Shown here: positions 1 through 10,787 of the stretch, piece after piece
Numbering within the stretch: position 1 is the stretch's first letter
Layout: every line of letters starts with the position of its first letter
Origin: an uncultured Chloroflexia bacterium
GTDB lineage: Bacteria > Chloroflexota > Chloroflexia > Thermomicrobiales > UBA6265
Direction: 5' to 3'
Assembly (NCBI GenBank): GCA_963724295.1
Contig: CAVRUC010000010.1
Span: 32,001-96,000 of the forward strand
DNA length: 64,000 bases
Translations under genes and position numbers: made by a program
Notes under the pieces: generated by a model
The model's input: the letters and a program-made list of their open reading frames with translations, nothing else
Databases searched by the model: none
What the model was told of the DNA's origin: nothing

Positions 1-1
1 C

Positions 2-193
2 GACGGCAGTCTGGGATCGCTCGAGCCAAGTGACACGCTCGCTCTTCGCCCAACGGAGACCGTCGCGGTTGACGTCTTTCTGGTGCTCGATCAAGACGAA
101 GCAGTCGATGCCAGCGACGTTGTCGGCGTCACCGATATTCAGATCACCGGTGGCGTGTCGGCCGACGCGGACGGATCCGATCCACTCGACTGA
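2..193 (+). CDS. 3' end of a hypothetical acidic protein (runs off the window start)
   Basis: Frame +2 is open from the window edge (DGSLGSLEPSDTLALRPTETVAVDVFLVLDQ...DPLD*) to TGA at 191-193 and is followed by an intrinsic terminator. Confidence 0.55.
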   Translation, partial: DGSLGSLEPSDTLALRPTETVAVDVFLVLDQDEAVDASDVVGVTDIQITGGVSADADGSDPLD

Positions 194-222
194 GCGCGTT
201 CACCTGAACCGGCTACCAACAC

Positions 223-255
223 CACCGGCGGGCTTTCGCCCGCCGGTGCTTTTTC
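223..255 (+). terminator. Rho-independent terminator
   Basis: Stem CACCGGCGGGC / GCCCGCCGGTG with TTTC loop, followed by CTTTTTC; lies between convergent genes. Confidence 0.8.
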
Positions 256-273
256 TGTCTTGATTCTCCGCGC

Positions 274-1329
274 TCAGCCGCCGATCTGGGACATCCCGCG
301 CACGGTCTCGCGCTCGCCTTCCGCCAGACCGTGCCCCCATGGCTTGCGCCAGATCGCGGCACGGATCGCTCGCTCCAGGGTTTCGTCGTCGGCGCCGGCA
401 CGCATTACGTCACGAAGGTCTCCTTCGTCCGGACGCAGCAGACAGAGCCGCAGTTTGCCGTCCGCAGTCAACCGCACGCGGTTGCACGCGGCGCAGAACG
501 GCTCAGACACCGGGGAGATGAACCCGATCGTCCCGGCCGCTCCGGGGATTTTCCAGAGACGGGCCGGATCCGCGGCATCGGTTTCGACCGGCTCGAGCGG
601 TCCGAAGCGGGCTTCCAGTCTCGCCTGCGTCTCTTCCGAGCTGACCAGCGCTTCGTCGTGGACGTCGCCGACCCCCTCCAGCGGCATGATCTCCAGAAAC
701 CGCACCTGCCATGGCCGGTCGATGGTGAGCGCCGCCATGTCGCCGACTTCGAAGTCATTTTGATCCTTGACGACGACGGTATTGAGCTTGATCGGTCGCA
801 GACCAGCGGCGTCCGCCGCTTCGATTCCCTGCCAGACGAGATCGAGCCGGCCACCACGGGTCATCGCTTTGAATCGATCGGGGTCGAGGGTGTCGATCGA
901 AACGTTGACCCGGTCAAGACCAGCGTCCGCCAGATCCTCGGCCAATCGACCCAACAGCAGCGCGTTGGTCGTCATCGACACTTCTGTGATGCCCGGGAAT
1001 GACTTGATCCCTCGCACGAGATCGACCAGGCCGCGACGAATCGTGGGCTCGCCACCGGTCAGGCGGACCTTCGTGACGCCGACCCGCGCAAAAAGCCCGA
1101 TCAGGCGCAGAAGCTCGTCGTCGTTGAGATGCTCCTCTTTTGGCTGGAACTTCATGCCGAGCGCTGGCATGCAGTAGACGCAACGGAAGTTACAGCGGTC
1201 CGTCAGCGAGATACGCAGGTAGGTCATGGCGCGGCCAAAAGCGTCCCTAGCCACACCGGTGACCGGCGCAATCGCCTCGCCAATCGGGAAAAGCCGGATA
1301 GGGCTGATCGAGGTGCTTGCCGCCACCAT
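274..1329 (-). CDS. moaA: GTP 3',8-cyclase MoaA (radical SAM, Moco biosynthesis)
   Basis: YLRISLTDRCNFRCVYCMP (CxxxCxxC), RLTGGEP, C-terminal CAACNRVRLTADGKLRLCL and MSQIGG end; ATG at 1329 has a GGAGAG RBS. Confidence 0.95.
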   Translation of the reverse strand: MVAASTSISPIRLFPIGEAIAPVTGVARDAFGRAMTYLRISLTDRCNFRCVYCMPALGMKFQPKEEHLNDDELLRLIGLFARVGVTKVRLTGGEPTIRRGLVDLVRGIKSFPGITEVSMTTNALLLGRLAEDLADAGLDRVNVSIDTLDPDRFKAMTRGGRLDLVWQGIEAADAAGLRPIKLNTVVVKDQNDFEVGDMAALTIDRPWQVRFLEIMPLEGVGDVHDEALVSSEETQARLEARFGPLEPVETDAADPARLWKIPGAAGTIGFISPVSEPFCAACNRVRLTADGKLRLCLLRPDEGDLRDVMRAGADDETLERAIRAAIWRKPWGHGLAEGERETVRGMSQIGG

Positions 1330-1574
1330 CCGTGCTCTCCACTGTCTCTCCGGCGGACCATCCACCGGACTATTCAATGATTGACTATTCCTGCCACCAA
1401 GAGTAACACCGGGGGATTCAGGGGTCAATCAGGTGGCGGCGCGGCCGCTTCCGGCGCGATGGGATTGCACGATTTCGCGCCGCGGGCGACCATCTCAGCA
1501 TGACGCGCCCGTGTCCGAGACTCACCAGGGTATCGTCGGCATGAGCATGGTTACCCGCGACGGAAGGAACGAGG

Positions 1575-2204
1575 TTGGAACTCACCACATCCGAGGAACG
1601 TAGCATCGAGATCGAGCGACCGCTGACACCGAAGGCGCGAGCCCTCCTGCACGAATGGGTCGAAAGCGAAAGCTTGCGTAAGCACTGCGAGGCGGTTTCA
1701 GCCTGCCTCCGCCACGTGGCGCGACGCGACGGCGAGGACGAGGATCTGTGGGGCGCCGTCGGCCTGCTCCATGACATGGATTTCGAGAAGCACCCCAATC
1801 TGGAGCTCGCGCCGGACGGTCATCCCTTTGTCGCGGTCGCTCACCTGCGTGACGGCGGGTGGGGGCAGACCGTCTGCCGCGCCATCCTCAGCCATGCTGA
1901 CTACAGCGGCGTCGAGCCGGAATCCGCGTTGGAGAAAACGCTGAGCGCCGTCGACGAGTTGAGTGGATTCGTCATCGCCGTCGCCCTGGTGCGGCCGGAC
2001 AAGAGCATCCACAACGTCGAGGTCAAGTCCGTGCTCAAGAAGATGAAGGACAAGGCCTTCGCCGCCAAGGTCAACCGTGAGGATATCGTCCGCGGCGCGG
2101 AGCGCCTGGGTGTTCCGCTGGAGCAGCTGATCGCCGAAGTCATCGCCGCGCTGCGCACCGAATCGGACCGTCTCGGCGTGAGCGGTACGCCTGGCGCGGG
2201 CTGA
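1575..2204 (+). CDS. HD/HDIG-domain metal-dependent phosphohydrolase
   Basis: LRKHCEAV, GLLHDMDFE, AILSHA, AVDELSG and VKSVLKKMKDKAFAAKVNR motifs; TTG start with GGAAGGA RBS. Confidence 0.85.
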   Translation: MELTTSEERSIEIERPLTPKARALLHEWVESESLRKHCEAVSACLRHVARRDGEDEDLWGAVGLLHDMDFEKHPNLELAPDGHPFVAVAHLRDGGWGQTVCRAILSHADYSGVEPESALEKTLSAVDELSGFVIAVALVRPDKSIHNVEVKSVLKKMKDKAFAAKVNREDIVRGAERLGVPLEQLIAEVIAALRTESDRLGVSGTPGAG

Positions 2205-2221
2205 GCAAGAACGATCCGCAA

Positions 2222-3313
2222 TCAGCGGCGTATGCCGAGCTGCATGCGCAGTAATCTGCTGACGCTCTCTGTCACCCGCTCCGGTGGGACGTCGCCGCTT
2301 TCGACTCGCGCTGCCAGGTGATCGACGAGCGCCGCTAGCTCGGCGTCTGTGACGACGAAGAGCAGGAGATCATTCCCGGCCGCGACAGCCAGATCGACGA
2401 TCTCGAAGGGGTTCCAGGTCGCCAGCGCGCCCATGCCGAGATCGTCGCTGACCACGACCCCGGTGAACCCCAGATCCTGCCGCAGCACGCGGACGGACTC
2501 TGGCGACAGCGACGCCGGCAGCTCGTCCCACGTTGGGACGGCCAGGTGACCCAGCATCACCATTGGCACGCCGGCTTCGACCGCGATCCGGAACGGCAGC
2601 GCGTCTTCCTGCCACCAGGTGGCGGCATCGACGTCCAGGACCGGCAGCGCCTCGTGGGAATCGACGGAGACGCGACCATGCCCCGGGAAATGCTTGACGC
2701 CGTGCAGGACGGCGGTCCCATCGACCCCGGCAAGATACGCCGCAACGTCCTGGGCCACGACTTGCGGATCGTCCCCGAACGCTCGCCCGCTCATGAAGCT
2801 ATCCGGGCTGAATGCCACATCGGCGACGGGCGCGAAGTTGACGTCGAACCCGTAGGCGGCGAGTCTCTCGGCGCGGGCCCGCGCCAGCGCGGAGATCTCG
2901 GCCGCGGGGAGTTGCCCCAGCGTCGGGGCATCGGGAGCAGGGTCGTCAGCAATGCGACTGACGATGCCGCCCTCCTGATCGAGCGCGACGAGCGGTGGCA
3001 GCTCCGGGTTCGTGGCGTGGATGGCCGTCACCAGGGCTCGCACCTCGTCCGGCGTGCCGAAATTGCCCCCCACCAGGATGACCCCCGCCGGTTTGAGCGC
3101 GCGGAGCAGGGCGTCGTCCTCCGCGCTGAGCACGGTCCCGGAAATGGGGAACATGAACATCCGAGCCGCCCGCTCTCGTGGTGTCATCGCCGCGACGAGC
3201 GCATCCACGTCGCTCTCCTGCGCGCGGGCATGACGCGATCGGGTCAGGAGAAGGCTGCAGACCGCCGCGAGCGCCCGCCGCGACAGCCGCGCTGAGCGAG
3301 CGAACCTCGTCAT
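2222..3313 (-). CDS. GH3 beta-N-acetylhexosaminidase (NagZ-like) with Tat-like signal
   Basis: DQEGGIVSR, NFAPVAD, KHFPGHGRVSVDSH, SDDLGM; N-terminal SRRALAA. Confidence 0.88.
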   Translation of the reverse strand: MTRFARSARLSRRALAAVCSLLLTRSRHARAQESDVDALVAAMTPRERAARMFMFPISGTVLSAEDDALLRALKPAGVILVGGNFGTPDEVRALVTAIHATNPELPPLVALDQEGGIVSRIADDPAPDAPTLGQLPAAEISALARARAERLAAYGFDVNFAPVADVAFSPDSFMSGRAFGDDPQVVAQDVAAYLAGVDGTAVLHGVKHFPGHGRVSVDSHEALPVLDVDAATWWQEDALPFRIAVEAGVPMVMLGHLAVPTWDELPASLSPESVRVLRQDLGFTGVVVSDDLGMGALATWNPFEIVDLAVAAGNDLLLFVVTDAELAALVDHLAARVESGDVPPERVTESVSRLLRMQLGIRR

Positions 3314-4614
3314 GGCGCCTCCGCGAACGCATCGACCACCGGCGGCCGGCGTCGCCAGCGTGGCAGGGCACTACTGAGCTCGCCCGAGCGCACACGCGGA
3401 TGCCGGCTGTAGTAGCCGACGAAGACGATCATCGCCAGCGCGGTGAAGACGATCAGATCGAAAAAGGTCGCCTGGTATCCGACATTGACGATGAGGATCC
3501 CAGCCACCAGGCTCGCCGCGGAGAAGCCCAGGTTCCACGCGGCGGCCCGCAGACCATAGACCCGCGTCCTGGCGCGAGGGGGCAGCACTTCAGCGATGAA
3601 GGTCGAATCGATCGGCCAGGCCATCGAGATACTTGTCTGCCGCACGATGTGGGTCACGGCGGCGAGCGGTAGGTTCGGGGTGAGGATCAAGGCGAGGTAG
3701 AACGGAAGGATCGACAACCGGACGACGGCCACGCCGATGAGCGAGCCGAGGTGTCGTGAGATGAGGGGAGCCAACAGTCCGACGGCCGCGGCACTGAGGC
3801 CGCCCAGCGCATAGACGTAGCCAACGGTCGTCGCATCCGCGCCCAGCGTGGTCAGGTAGACGTTGAAGAAGGGAAAGACCATCCCCGCCCCAACCGCCAT
3901 CAACCCGCCTACCAGGACGAAGACGGCGAGGTCCTGCCGCACGCGCCGCCGTTCGCCGGGGTCCGCCGCCTCCTTCACCGCGGTGGGATCCGGGAGTCCA
4001 CCTCCCCGGCGAGCCGCGCGCATGAGGAACATGGGGACGAGGCCGAGCGCGGCAATGCCGGTACCCGCTACCAGCGTCCATCGGTAGGTCAGAAGATCGG
4101 TGCCAGGCAACACATCGGGCAGGAAGCCACCCAGGAGCGATCCGAACGTCAACGAAAGCGAGGCAACCGAGAATGACAGCGCGGAGACGAACTGGCGCTC
4201 ATCGCGCCGTGTCCAGGCGATGACGAACGGCATGGTGGTGGTGAACAAGTAGGCGAGCCCGACGCCGGAGATCGCCGACAGGACGAGGAGCAGCGGGCGG
4301 GCCTCGGCAAAGGCGAGTCCGAGCGAGGCCAGGAGAAAGACCGAGACTCCGGAGACGATCGAACGCCAGATGCCGAGCCGGTCGAGAACAGTCCCCATCG
4401 TCGCCGCGCCTCCGGCCATGGCCAGAGTCTGTGCCGCGCTGAACGCACCCATGTCGTCTTCACGCAAATTCAGCTCGCGCAGATAGAGGTTGAAAATCAG
4501 CGTGAATACGCCCCAACCGACATTGGCCAGCAGGTTGTAAAAGAGAAAGAGCCGGACATCGCGACTGAAGTTGAACTGGCGGCGCAGATACCCGAGAGGG
4601 ACAGAGAGCAACAT
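3310..4614 (-). CDS. MFS transporter
   Basis: About 12 hydrophobic helices; GTVLDRLG motif A-like; likely start MLLSVPLG at 4614 (the ORF-track extension overlaps the divergent gene). Confidence 0.85.
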   Translation of the reverse strand: MLLSVPLGYLRRQFNFSRDVRLFLFYNLLANVGWGVFTLIFNLYLRELNLREDDMGAFSAAQTLAMAGGAATMGTVLDRLGIWRSIVSGVSVFLLASLGLAFAEARPLLLVLSAISGVGLAYLFTTTMPFVIAWTRRDERQFVSALSFSVASLSLTFGSLLGGFLPDVLPGTDLLTYRWTLVAGTGIAALGLVPMFLMRAARRGGGLPDPTAVKEAADPGERRRVRQDLAVFVLVGGLMAVGAGMVFPFFNVYLTTLGADATTVGYVYALGGLSAAAVGLLAPLISRHLGSLIGVAVVRLSILPFYLALILTPNLPLAAVTHIVRQTSISMAWPIDSTFIAEVLPPRARTRVYGLRAAAWNLGFSAASLVAGILIVNVGYQATFFDLIVFTALAMIVFVGYYSRHPRVRSGELSSALPRWRRRPPVVDAFAEAP

Positions 4615-4742
4615 TTCACCTCGGGTACGGCTTCGCCGCGGATGTGGCAGGCGCGGAAGAGAGTATATGCCGCCGGTTCCGCTCCTGGCGGTACACTCGG
4701 GCGCGGATTGGGAGCGTAGCGCTCGAGGAGCGACTTGACCAA

Positions 4743-5790
4743 ATGGGAACTTCCGAGTGCGTGCGGGTCGGTCTGGCGGGATTGGGACGGTTCGGCAAGC
4801 TCCACGCCGCGGTGCTCGGTGAGATGGCAGGCGTCGAGCTGGCGGCGGTCTGCGACCCTCAACCGGACGAGGTCGCCGCCATGGTTGCCCGCTATCAAGG
4901 AAGCGCGCGGATTCGCCGACTTCGAGGAGATGCTGGACAACGCAAGCCTCGACGCTGTCTTCATCGTCTCTCCGGAACCGTTCCACGCGGAGCAAGCACT
5001 CGCGGCCCTGTCGCGCGGGATCGCCACGTTTACCGAGAAGCCACTGGCGATGACTTCCATAGAAGGGGAGCGTGTGGCGGCGGCCGCGGCTGCCGCCGGT
5101 GTTCCGCTCCAGGTGGGGCTGGTCCTCCGCTTCGACATCCAGCACGCGTTGCTCAAGTCCGAGATCGCGCGTGGCGCCCTGGGACAGGTGGTATCCCTGC
5201 GTGCGAAGCGCAACACCTCAAAAGCCTGGTTCCCTGACTATGGCGATCGCGCCCACACCGTCTACGAGACCTCGATCCATGACATCGATCTTCTGCTCTG
5301 GTACGCCGGTAGCCCGATCACGAGAGTGCAGGCGGTCGAGAGACACCTCTCCGGACTGCGGTACCCTGAGGGTTGCTGGGCGCTGGTCGAGTTCGCGAGC
5401 GGCGCGGTCGGCATCCTGGAGACGAGCTGGCTGGTGCCCGCCGGCGCGCCGGCGAACGTCGTGACCCCGACCTGGCGCGGCACGATCGACGCCGAGATCG
5501 AGGTCATTGGCGACGCCGGGACCAGTCGCATCCGTCTGCTGGATGCCCCGCTCTCGCTGTGGAGTGAGGGGTTCACGGCGGCGCCCGAGACCGGACTCTG
5601 GCCCGAGGTGAGTGGCTCGATCGGTGGCGCGCTGCGAGACGAGGACGCTCACTTCATCGACCGCGTTCGTCGCGGTGCGCCGGAGTCGATCACGTCCGTC
5701 GCCGACGCGGTGATGGGTCTGCGCGTCGCGGAGGCGATCGTCGCGGCGGCAGCCACTGGAACCGCGGTCGAGCTTGACTCATATGTCTAG
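4743..5790 (+). CDS. Gfo/Idh/MocA family oxidoreductase (frameshift near 4898, probable sequencing indel)
   Basis: N-terminal VRVGLAGLGRFG Rossmann motif in one frame; EKPLA, LRFD and IHDID in the next frame. Confidence 0.85.
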
Positions 5791-5853
5791 CCTCGTAGAG
5801 TTGCCTTTCCCAGGCATGTCAGGCCGGGCTACCCGGCGAACCAGGAGTCTTCG

Positions 5854-6954
5854 GTGATCGATCTCTCCAGTGATACCCAGACCCGACCCTCGCCGACGAT
5901 GCGCGAGTTCATGGCGGCCGCACCGGTCGGCGACGAGCAACTGCGAGAGGACCCCTCGGTCAACCGTCTTCAGGAGATGGCCGCCTCGCTGCTGGGCAAG
6001 GACGCTGCCCTCTTCCTTCCCTCGGGCACGATGTGCAACGCCATCGCCTTCAGTCTCAACGCCAACCGCGGCGAGGCGGTGATCCTCGACCAGGAATCGC
6101 ATCCGAACCAGTCGGAAGCCGGCGGACCAGCCTGGCTAGCCAGCGTCATGCTACGGCCCGTGGCCGGCCCGCGCGGGATCTTCTCCGTCGATCAGATCCG
6201 TCCCCTCCTGAGCAAGGGAGGCACTCACGCGGCGCGCACGGCATTCATCTCGATCGAGAACACGACTAATCGCGGCGGTGGCGCCATCTGGCCACTCGAG
6301 CGGCTAGCGGAGATGCGGGCGCTGGCCGACGAGCGCGGTCTCCGCCTCCATATGGACGGAGCGCGGCTACTCAACGCGGCCGTCGGCTCGGGCATCCCCG
6401 CTGCGACCTTCACCTCGTATGTCGACTCGGTCTGGCTCGATCTCTCCAAGGGCCTGGGCGCGCCGGTCGGCGCCGTCCTGGCCGGGTCCACGGAGTTCAT
6501 CGAGCGCGCCCGGCTGCTGAAGCACATGTTCGGCGGGGCCATGCGCCAGGCCGGTATCATCGCCGCCGGCGGTATCTATGCCCTGGAGCACAACGTCGAG
6601 CGACTCGCCGAAGACCACGCCAACGCCCACTTTCTCGCGGAGGGTCTGGCGCGGATTCCCGGGGTGAAACTGGTCTACGACTCCGTCCCGACCAACATCC
6701 TCTTCTTCGACGTCTCCGGCACCGGGATGACCCCGCAGGAGGTGGAGCGCGGCATCAATGCCCTCGGCGTGCGGATGGGCGGCGGCTATGACGGAGCCAG
6801 AGTGATTCGGGCCGTTACCCACCTCGACGTGACGCGTGACGACTGCGCGATCGCGATCGACGCCGTCCGTCAGGTATGCACCGGCCAAGTCGCTGAAATC
6901 GCGCCGAGTGAGCCCTCACGTCTTCGAGCGACTCAGACCCACGGAGTGCTGTGA
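5854..6954 (+). CDS. ltaE: Low-specificity L-threonine aldolase family PLP enzyme
   Basis: IDLSSDTQTRP, EDPSVNRL, PSGTMCN, HMDGARL, LSKGLGAPVG, GGAMRQAG. Confidence 0.85.
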   Translation: MIDLSSDTQTRPSPTMREFMAAAPVGDEQLREDPSVNRLQEMAASLLGKDAALFLPSGTMCNAIAFSLNANRGEAVILDQESHPNQSEAGGPAWLASVMLRPVAGPRGIFSVDQIRPLLSKGGTHAARTAFISIENTTNRGGGAIWPLERLAEMRALADERGLRLHMDGARLLNAAVGSGIPAATFTSYVDSVWLDLSKGLGAPVGAVLAGSTEFIERARLLKHMFGGAMRQAGIIAAGGIYALEHNVERLAEDHANAHFLAEGLARIPGVKLVYDSVPTNILFFDVSGTGMTPQEVERGINALGVRMGGGYDGARVIRAVTHLDVTRDDCAIAIDAVRQVCTGQVAEIAPSEPSRLRATQTHGVL

Positions 6955-6961
6955 CCCGAGA

Positions 6962-7057
6962 CAGGTGTCGTTCCGAACGCACGAGGAATCTCGTCGTAGT
7001 CTCGCGTCTGGTCGCAAACGACGAGATCCTCACGCCTTCAGCTCAGGATGACACCTG
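6962..7057. repeat. Long imperfect intergenic palindrome (REP-like, GTCATCCTGAGC type)
   Basis: Outer arms CAGGTGTCGTTCCGAAC / GCTCAGGATGACACCTG; inner arms GAGGAATCTCGTCGT / ACGACGAGATCCTC. Confidence 0.7.
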
Positions 7058-7211
7058 ATTGATTCCGAGCGCTGGACCCGGCGACTCGATTACCTGGTCA
7101 CAACACGCCACCTGAAATCGAGTTGCCTCGAGCGCAGGTCATCCCTTCTTGCGATATGCTGTGCCCGGTGTACGTACATCCGGCGCGGCGGCGAACGCGG
7201 GGAGGGACACG

Positions 7212-8579
7212 ATGATCCTCTCCTGGAAGGAGACGCGATCCGGCATCGTCAACGCGGACGAACGGCTGCCCTGGGGGCAGACGATCGCCATGGGGTTTCA
7301 GCACGTGCTGGCCATGTTCGGCGCGACCGTCGTCGCTCCGATCATCATGGGCTTCGATCCCAACCTGGCGATCCTCTTCTCCGGTATCGGCACCCTGATC
7401 TTCTTTGCCTTCGTCGGCGGCGCGGTACCCAGCTATCTCGGCTCGAGCTTCGCCTTCATCGGGCCGGTGGCGGCGGTCACCGGTACGGCCGCCGCGAGCG
7501 GTGCTTCTAACGGCATTGGACTCGCCCTCGGCGGCATCATCGCCGCCGCCGTCGTCTATACCCTGATCGGGCTGGTGGTCCATCTGACCGGCGGCGGTTG
7601 GATCGACAACCTCATGCCGCCGCTGGTTACTGGCGCGGTGGTGGCCGTCATCGGCCTCAACCTGGCTCCGGCCGCTCGCAACCTCTCCGCGGCCGATCCG
7701 GTCGTGGCCGCGATCACCATCCTTGCCATCTTTGTCATCGGGCTGCTCACCACCGGCGTCTTCAGCCGGTTACCGATCCTCATCGGGAGCGTGATCGGGT
7801 ATCTCGCGGCACTGCTCCTGGGAGGAACGTCGCCGGACGGGCGGCAGTATCTCGGCGTGACGGTTCACGGCGTCGATCTGGCGCCGGTGGGCGCCGCTTC
7901 CTGGTTCGGCACGCCGGCGTTCCAGGCGCCGGAGTTCAACGGGAGCGCCATGGCGCTCATCGCACCCGTCGCCATCGTCCTGGTGGCGGAGAACACCGGC
8001 CATGTCAAGGCGGTCAGCGCGCTCACCGGGCGGAATCTCACCCCGTACCTCGGGCGCGCGTTCATGGGAGACGGCGTGGCGACCATCGTCGCCGGGCTGC
8101 GGGGCGGCACCGGCGTCACGACGTACGCCGAGAACATCGGCGTCATGGCCGTGACCCGGGTTTATTCGACCCTGGTCTTCCTGATCGCCGGGATCGTTGC
8201 CATCATCTTCGGGCTCTCGCCGAAGTTCGGGGCCATCATCGGCTCGATCCCGCAAGGCGTGCTGGGCGGCGTCACGACCGTTCTCTTCGGTCTCATCGCC
8301 GTAACCGGCGCCCGCATCTGGGTCGACAACCGGGTCGATTTCACGCGGACAGTCAACCTCTTCGTGGCGGCCGTAACCCTGATCATCGGCGCGGCCGACT
8401 ACACCGTGACGCTTGGCGGCTTCACGTTGAACGGGATCACCCTCGGTACCTTCGGGGCGATCGTGCTCTACCAGGTCTTCAAGGGCGCGTCGGATGCGGA
8501 CGATTTCGCGATCGTCGGGGATAGTGCGGAAGCCGAAGCGGAGATTCGCGCCGGAGGGCCGTCTCGACCTCGGCGCTAA
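7212..8579 (+). CDS. NCS2 nucleobase:cation symporter (UraA/RutG-like uracil permease)
   Basis: QHVLAMFGAT, PSYLGSSFAF, ENTGH, TTYAENIG signature; GGAGG RBS. Confidence 0.92.
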   Translation: MILSWKETRSGIVNADERLPWGQTIAMGFQHVLAMFGATVVAPIIMGFDPNLAILFSGIGTLIFFAFVGGAVPSYLGSSFAFIGPVAAVTGTAAASGASNGIGLALGGIIAAAVVYTLIGLVVHLTGGGWIDNLMPPLVTGAVVAVIGLNLAPAARNLSAADPVVAAITILAIFVIGLLTTGVFSRLPILIGSVIGYLAALLLGGTSPDGRQYLGVTVHGVDLAPVGAASWFGTPAFQAPEFNGSAMALIAPVAIVLVAENTGHVKAVSALTGRNLTPYLGRAFMGDGVATIVAGLRGGTGVTTYAENIGVMAVTRVYSTLVFLIAGIVAIIFGLSPKFGAIIGSIPQGVLGGVTTVLFGLIAVTGARIWVDNRVDFTRTVNLFVAAVTLIIGAADYTVTLGGFTLNGITLGTFGAIVLYQVFKGASDADDFAIVGDSAEAEAEIRAGGPSRPRR

Positions 8580-8587
8580 GAGCCTCG

Positions 8588-10622
8588 CTAACCAACGGGG
8601 AAACTGCCGGCGTCGAGGGGATCGGTGCCAATGCTGACCTCGTCGCCGTCTAGCCAGCCGTCGCCGTCGCTATCCGCGATTCCCGGATCCGTACCGAATG
8701 CCGTCTCGTCCGCGTCCAGCAAGCCGTCACCGTCCGAGTCCACCGCTACCGCGCTGTCGGCAACTAAGGGGTCGGTGCCCGCGGCAAGCTCCGCCCCGTC
8801 GGTGACTCCATCGAAGTCGCTGTCCGCGTTTCCGGGATCGGTTCCGTAGATCGCTGTCTCGTCCGCATCCAGAATGCCATCGGCGTCGGAATCGAGCAGG
8901 GCCGGGTCACCGGTTGGTGCTGGCGGTACGGGAAGGTTGAAGATGTCGACCGAGGCCACCGGTTCGTCGGCATCGATCGTGAGCACGTATCCGTTGCCGT
9001 TGGCCGAGAGCGATAGATCGGGGGCGTAGTAGGTCGCGGTTCCCGGCAACAGCTCCGGCTGCTGGAACAGGTACGTGCCCAGGGGAACGTTCTGCCAGGT
9101 CAACCGAACCGTCCTCGCCAACGGTCGCGTCGGCCAGCTCGATCACGTCGCCATCCTCAGAGACGAGGCGGGCGTCGAAGCCACCGACGGCTTGCGCGCA
9201 GTTAGCCGGGTCGAAGGTATCGATAGTGTCAGTACAACCCAGAATGCGAATCTCGACGGTGCCCAGGCGAGCCCGCGCCACGGCGGTGCTCGAGATGATC
9301 TCCGATTCGGTCGCACGCGGAGTTGCCGTCACGATTGGCGCCGGGCGGGGGGCCGCGGTCGCCGCTCGAGTCGGCGTCGGCGACGGCTCCCGGCCGGGAA
9401 CGGGGGTCTCGACGAGGATCACTGAAGGGCTCCCGGTTGGCTCCGGTTCCGCCGCGTCCGGTGCCGGCGATGCGGCCTCTCCCGCGGCGAAGACATAGAC
9501 ATCGAGGGCATAGTCCGCCGTGTCGCCACCGATCGGGATCAGGTATCCGGCAGACCCATTCGCGCCGAAACCATCGGCGCCGCTGCCGCCGATCCCCTCG
9601 AGTCCCGGCACGAAAAAGCGTTCGAATCCTTCCTTGAACTCGGTCGCCCGCAAGACGTAGTCACCGCCGGCGAGACCGGCCCACGTAGGCAATCCCTGCC
9701 GCTCGGTCGATGGCCCAACATCGCGCAGCGCGGCGCCATCGTCCATCGCCAGCTCGAGCGCAACCGCCACGGGATCGCGCAGGCACCGGCCGGGACTCGC
9801 CTGATCGGGTTCTACTAGCGGCGGGCAAGCGTAGACCGTTACCTGGACCGAGCCGGTACTCACCGGAACCGGTGTGGCCACCGGGGTTGCGGCCACCGCC
9901 GCACCTGGTGCTTCGCGACCGATCACGGCCGCGATCACGGTCGACGGCGCCTGTCCTTCGGCGGTCAGCACCACGTCGCCGCTGAACGTGGCCGCCTCGC
10001 CAACCCTCAGGCTCGCCGCCGATCCGTCGGTCGCCTCGGCGCGAACCGCGCCAAGCGTGACCAGGACGAGAACCGGCGATTCGTTTCCAATGACCGTGGT
10101 CGACTCGCCGGGCTCCAGAAGATCGCGCACCAGGTCGATGTCTCTGGTCCGGCCCGGCGCCGGGAACGGATCACCGGCAAAGACCGGGATGCCATCACCG
10201 GCATCGTCGACCGCGTCCGGTGGTACGAGATCGATCGCGAACACCCCTGTCGGCCGCTCTCCGATGGGGATCAGCCGCGACGTGGGTGAGGCGTGAAACG
10301 CCGCCTCGGCAGGGGCCAACAGAGCGGAGCGCTCACCCTCTTCGACGACGACGCCGCCGGTGTCGACGAGGACAAAACCTGGTCCACCGGCTGGGAGCTC
10401 GGCAGCACTCCCCGGGTCGATCGAGTGGAACACCACGCGCCACGCAGCCTCGTCGGGCATGGTTGCCACACCCTGGGCGATGACCTGCGCGTGCCCACTA
10501 GCGGGGGAAAAGATCTCTCCAGATTGCAGTGCCCGAGCGACGATGCTCAGACCAGGCAGGCTACAAAGCGCACAGGCCAGAACGAGGGCAATCCGTATCC
10601 GCCGGCCTCGGCATCGAGTCAT
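8588..10622 (-). CDS. Secreted multidomain protein: cupin-like N-terminal domains, 'YACP' beta-domains, Pro/Thr linker and C-terminal DSDxDG Ca-binding repeats (frameshift near 9102)
   Basis: Signal peptide; frames 8907..10682 and 8588..9121 join at '[12 protein letters not shown]'; four DSDxDGxxDxxE..GTDP repeats. Confidence 0.7.
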
Positions 10623-10787
10623 CACATGGTCCCTGCGGCGCTCGGGCAAAAGAGCGCAGTCCTGGCAGCGGCGGGCATCCAATCATGCTACCGCAACCGG
10701 AACGCTTTGGCCTGATCCCTTCGCCTCGAGCATGGAGACGTGGCGTGCCACGAGCTGGTCCAGGCTCGGATCCAATGCGGCTTGCGG

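Noticed and set aside
5854..6954. ltaE as part of a 4-hydroxythreonine B6 bypass with the DUF1537 kinase
   Set aside because: The genes are about 44 kb apart, no pdxA in the window, and no evidence of linkage
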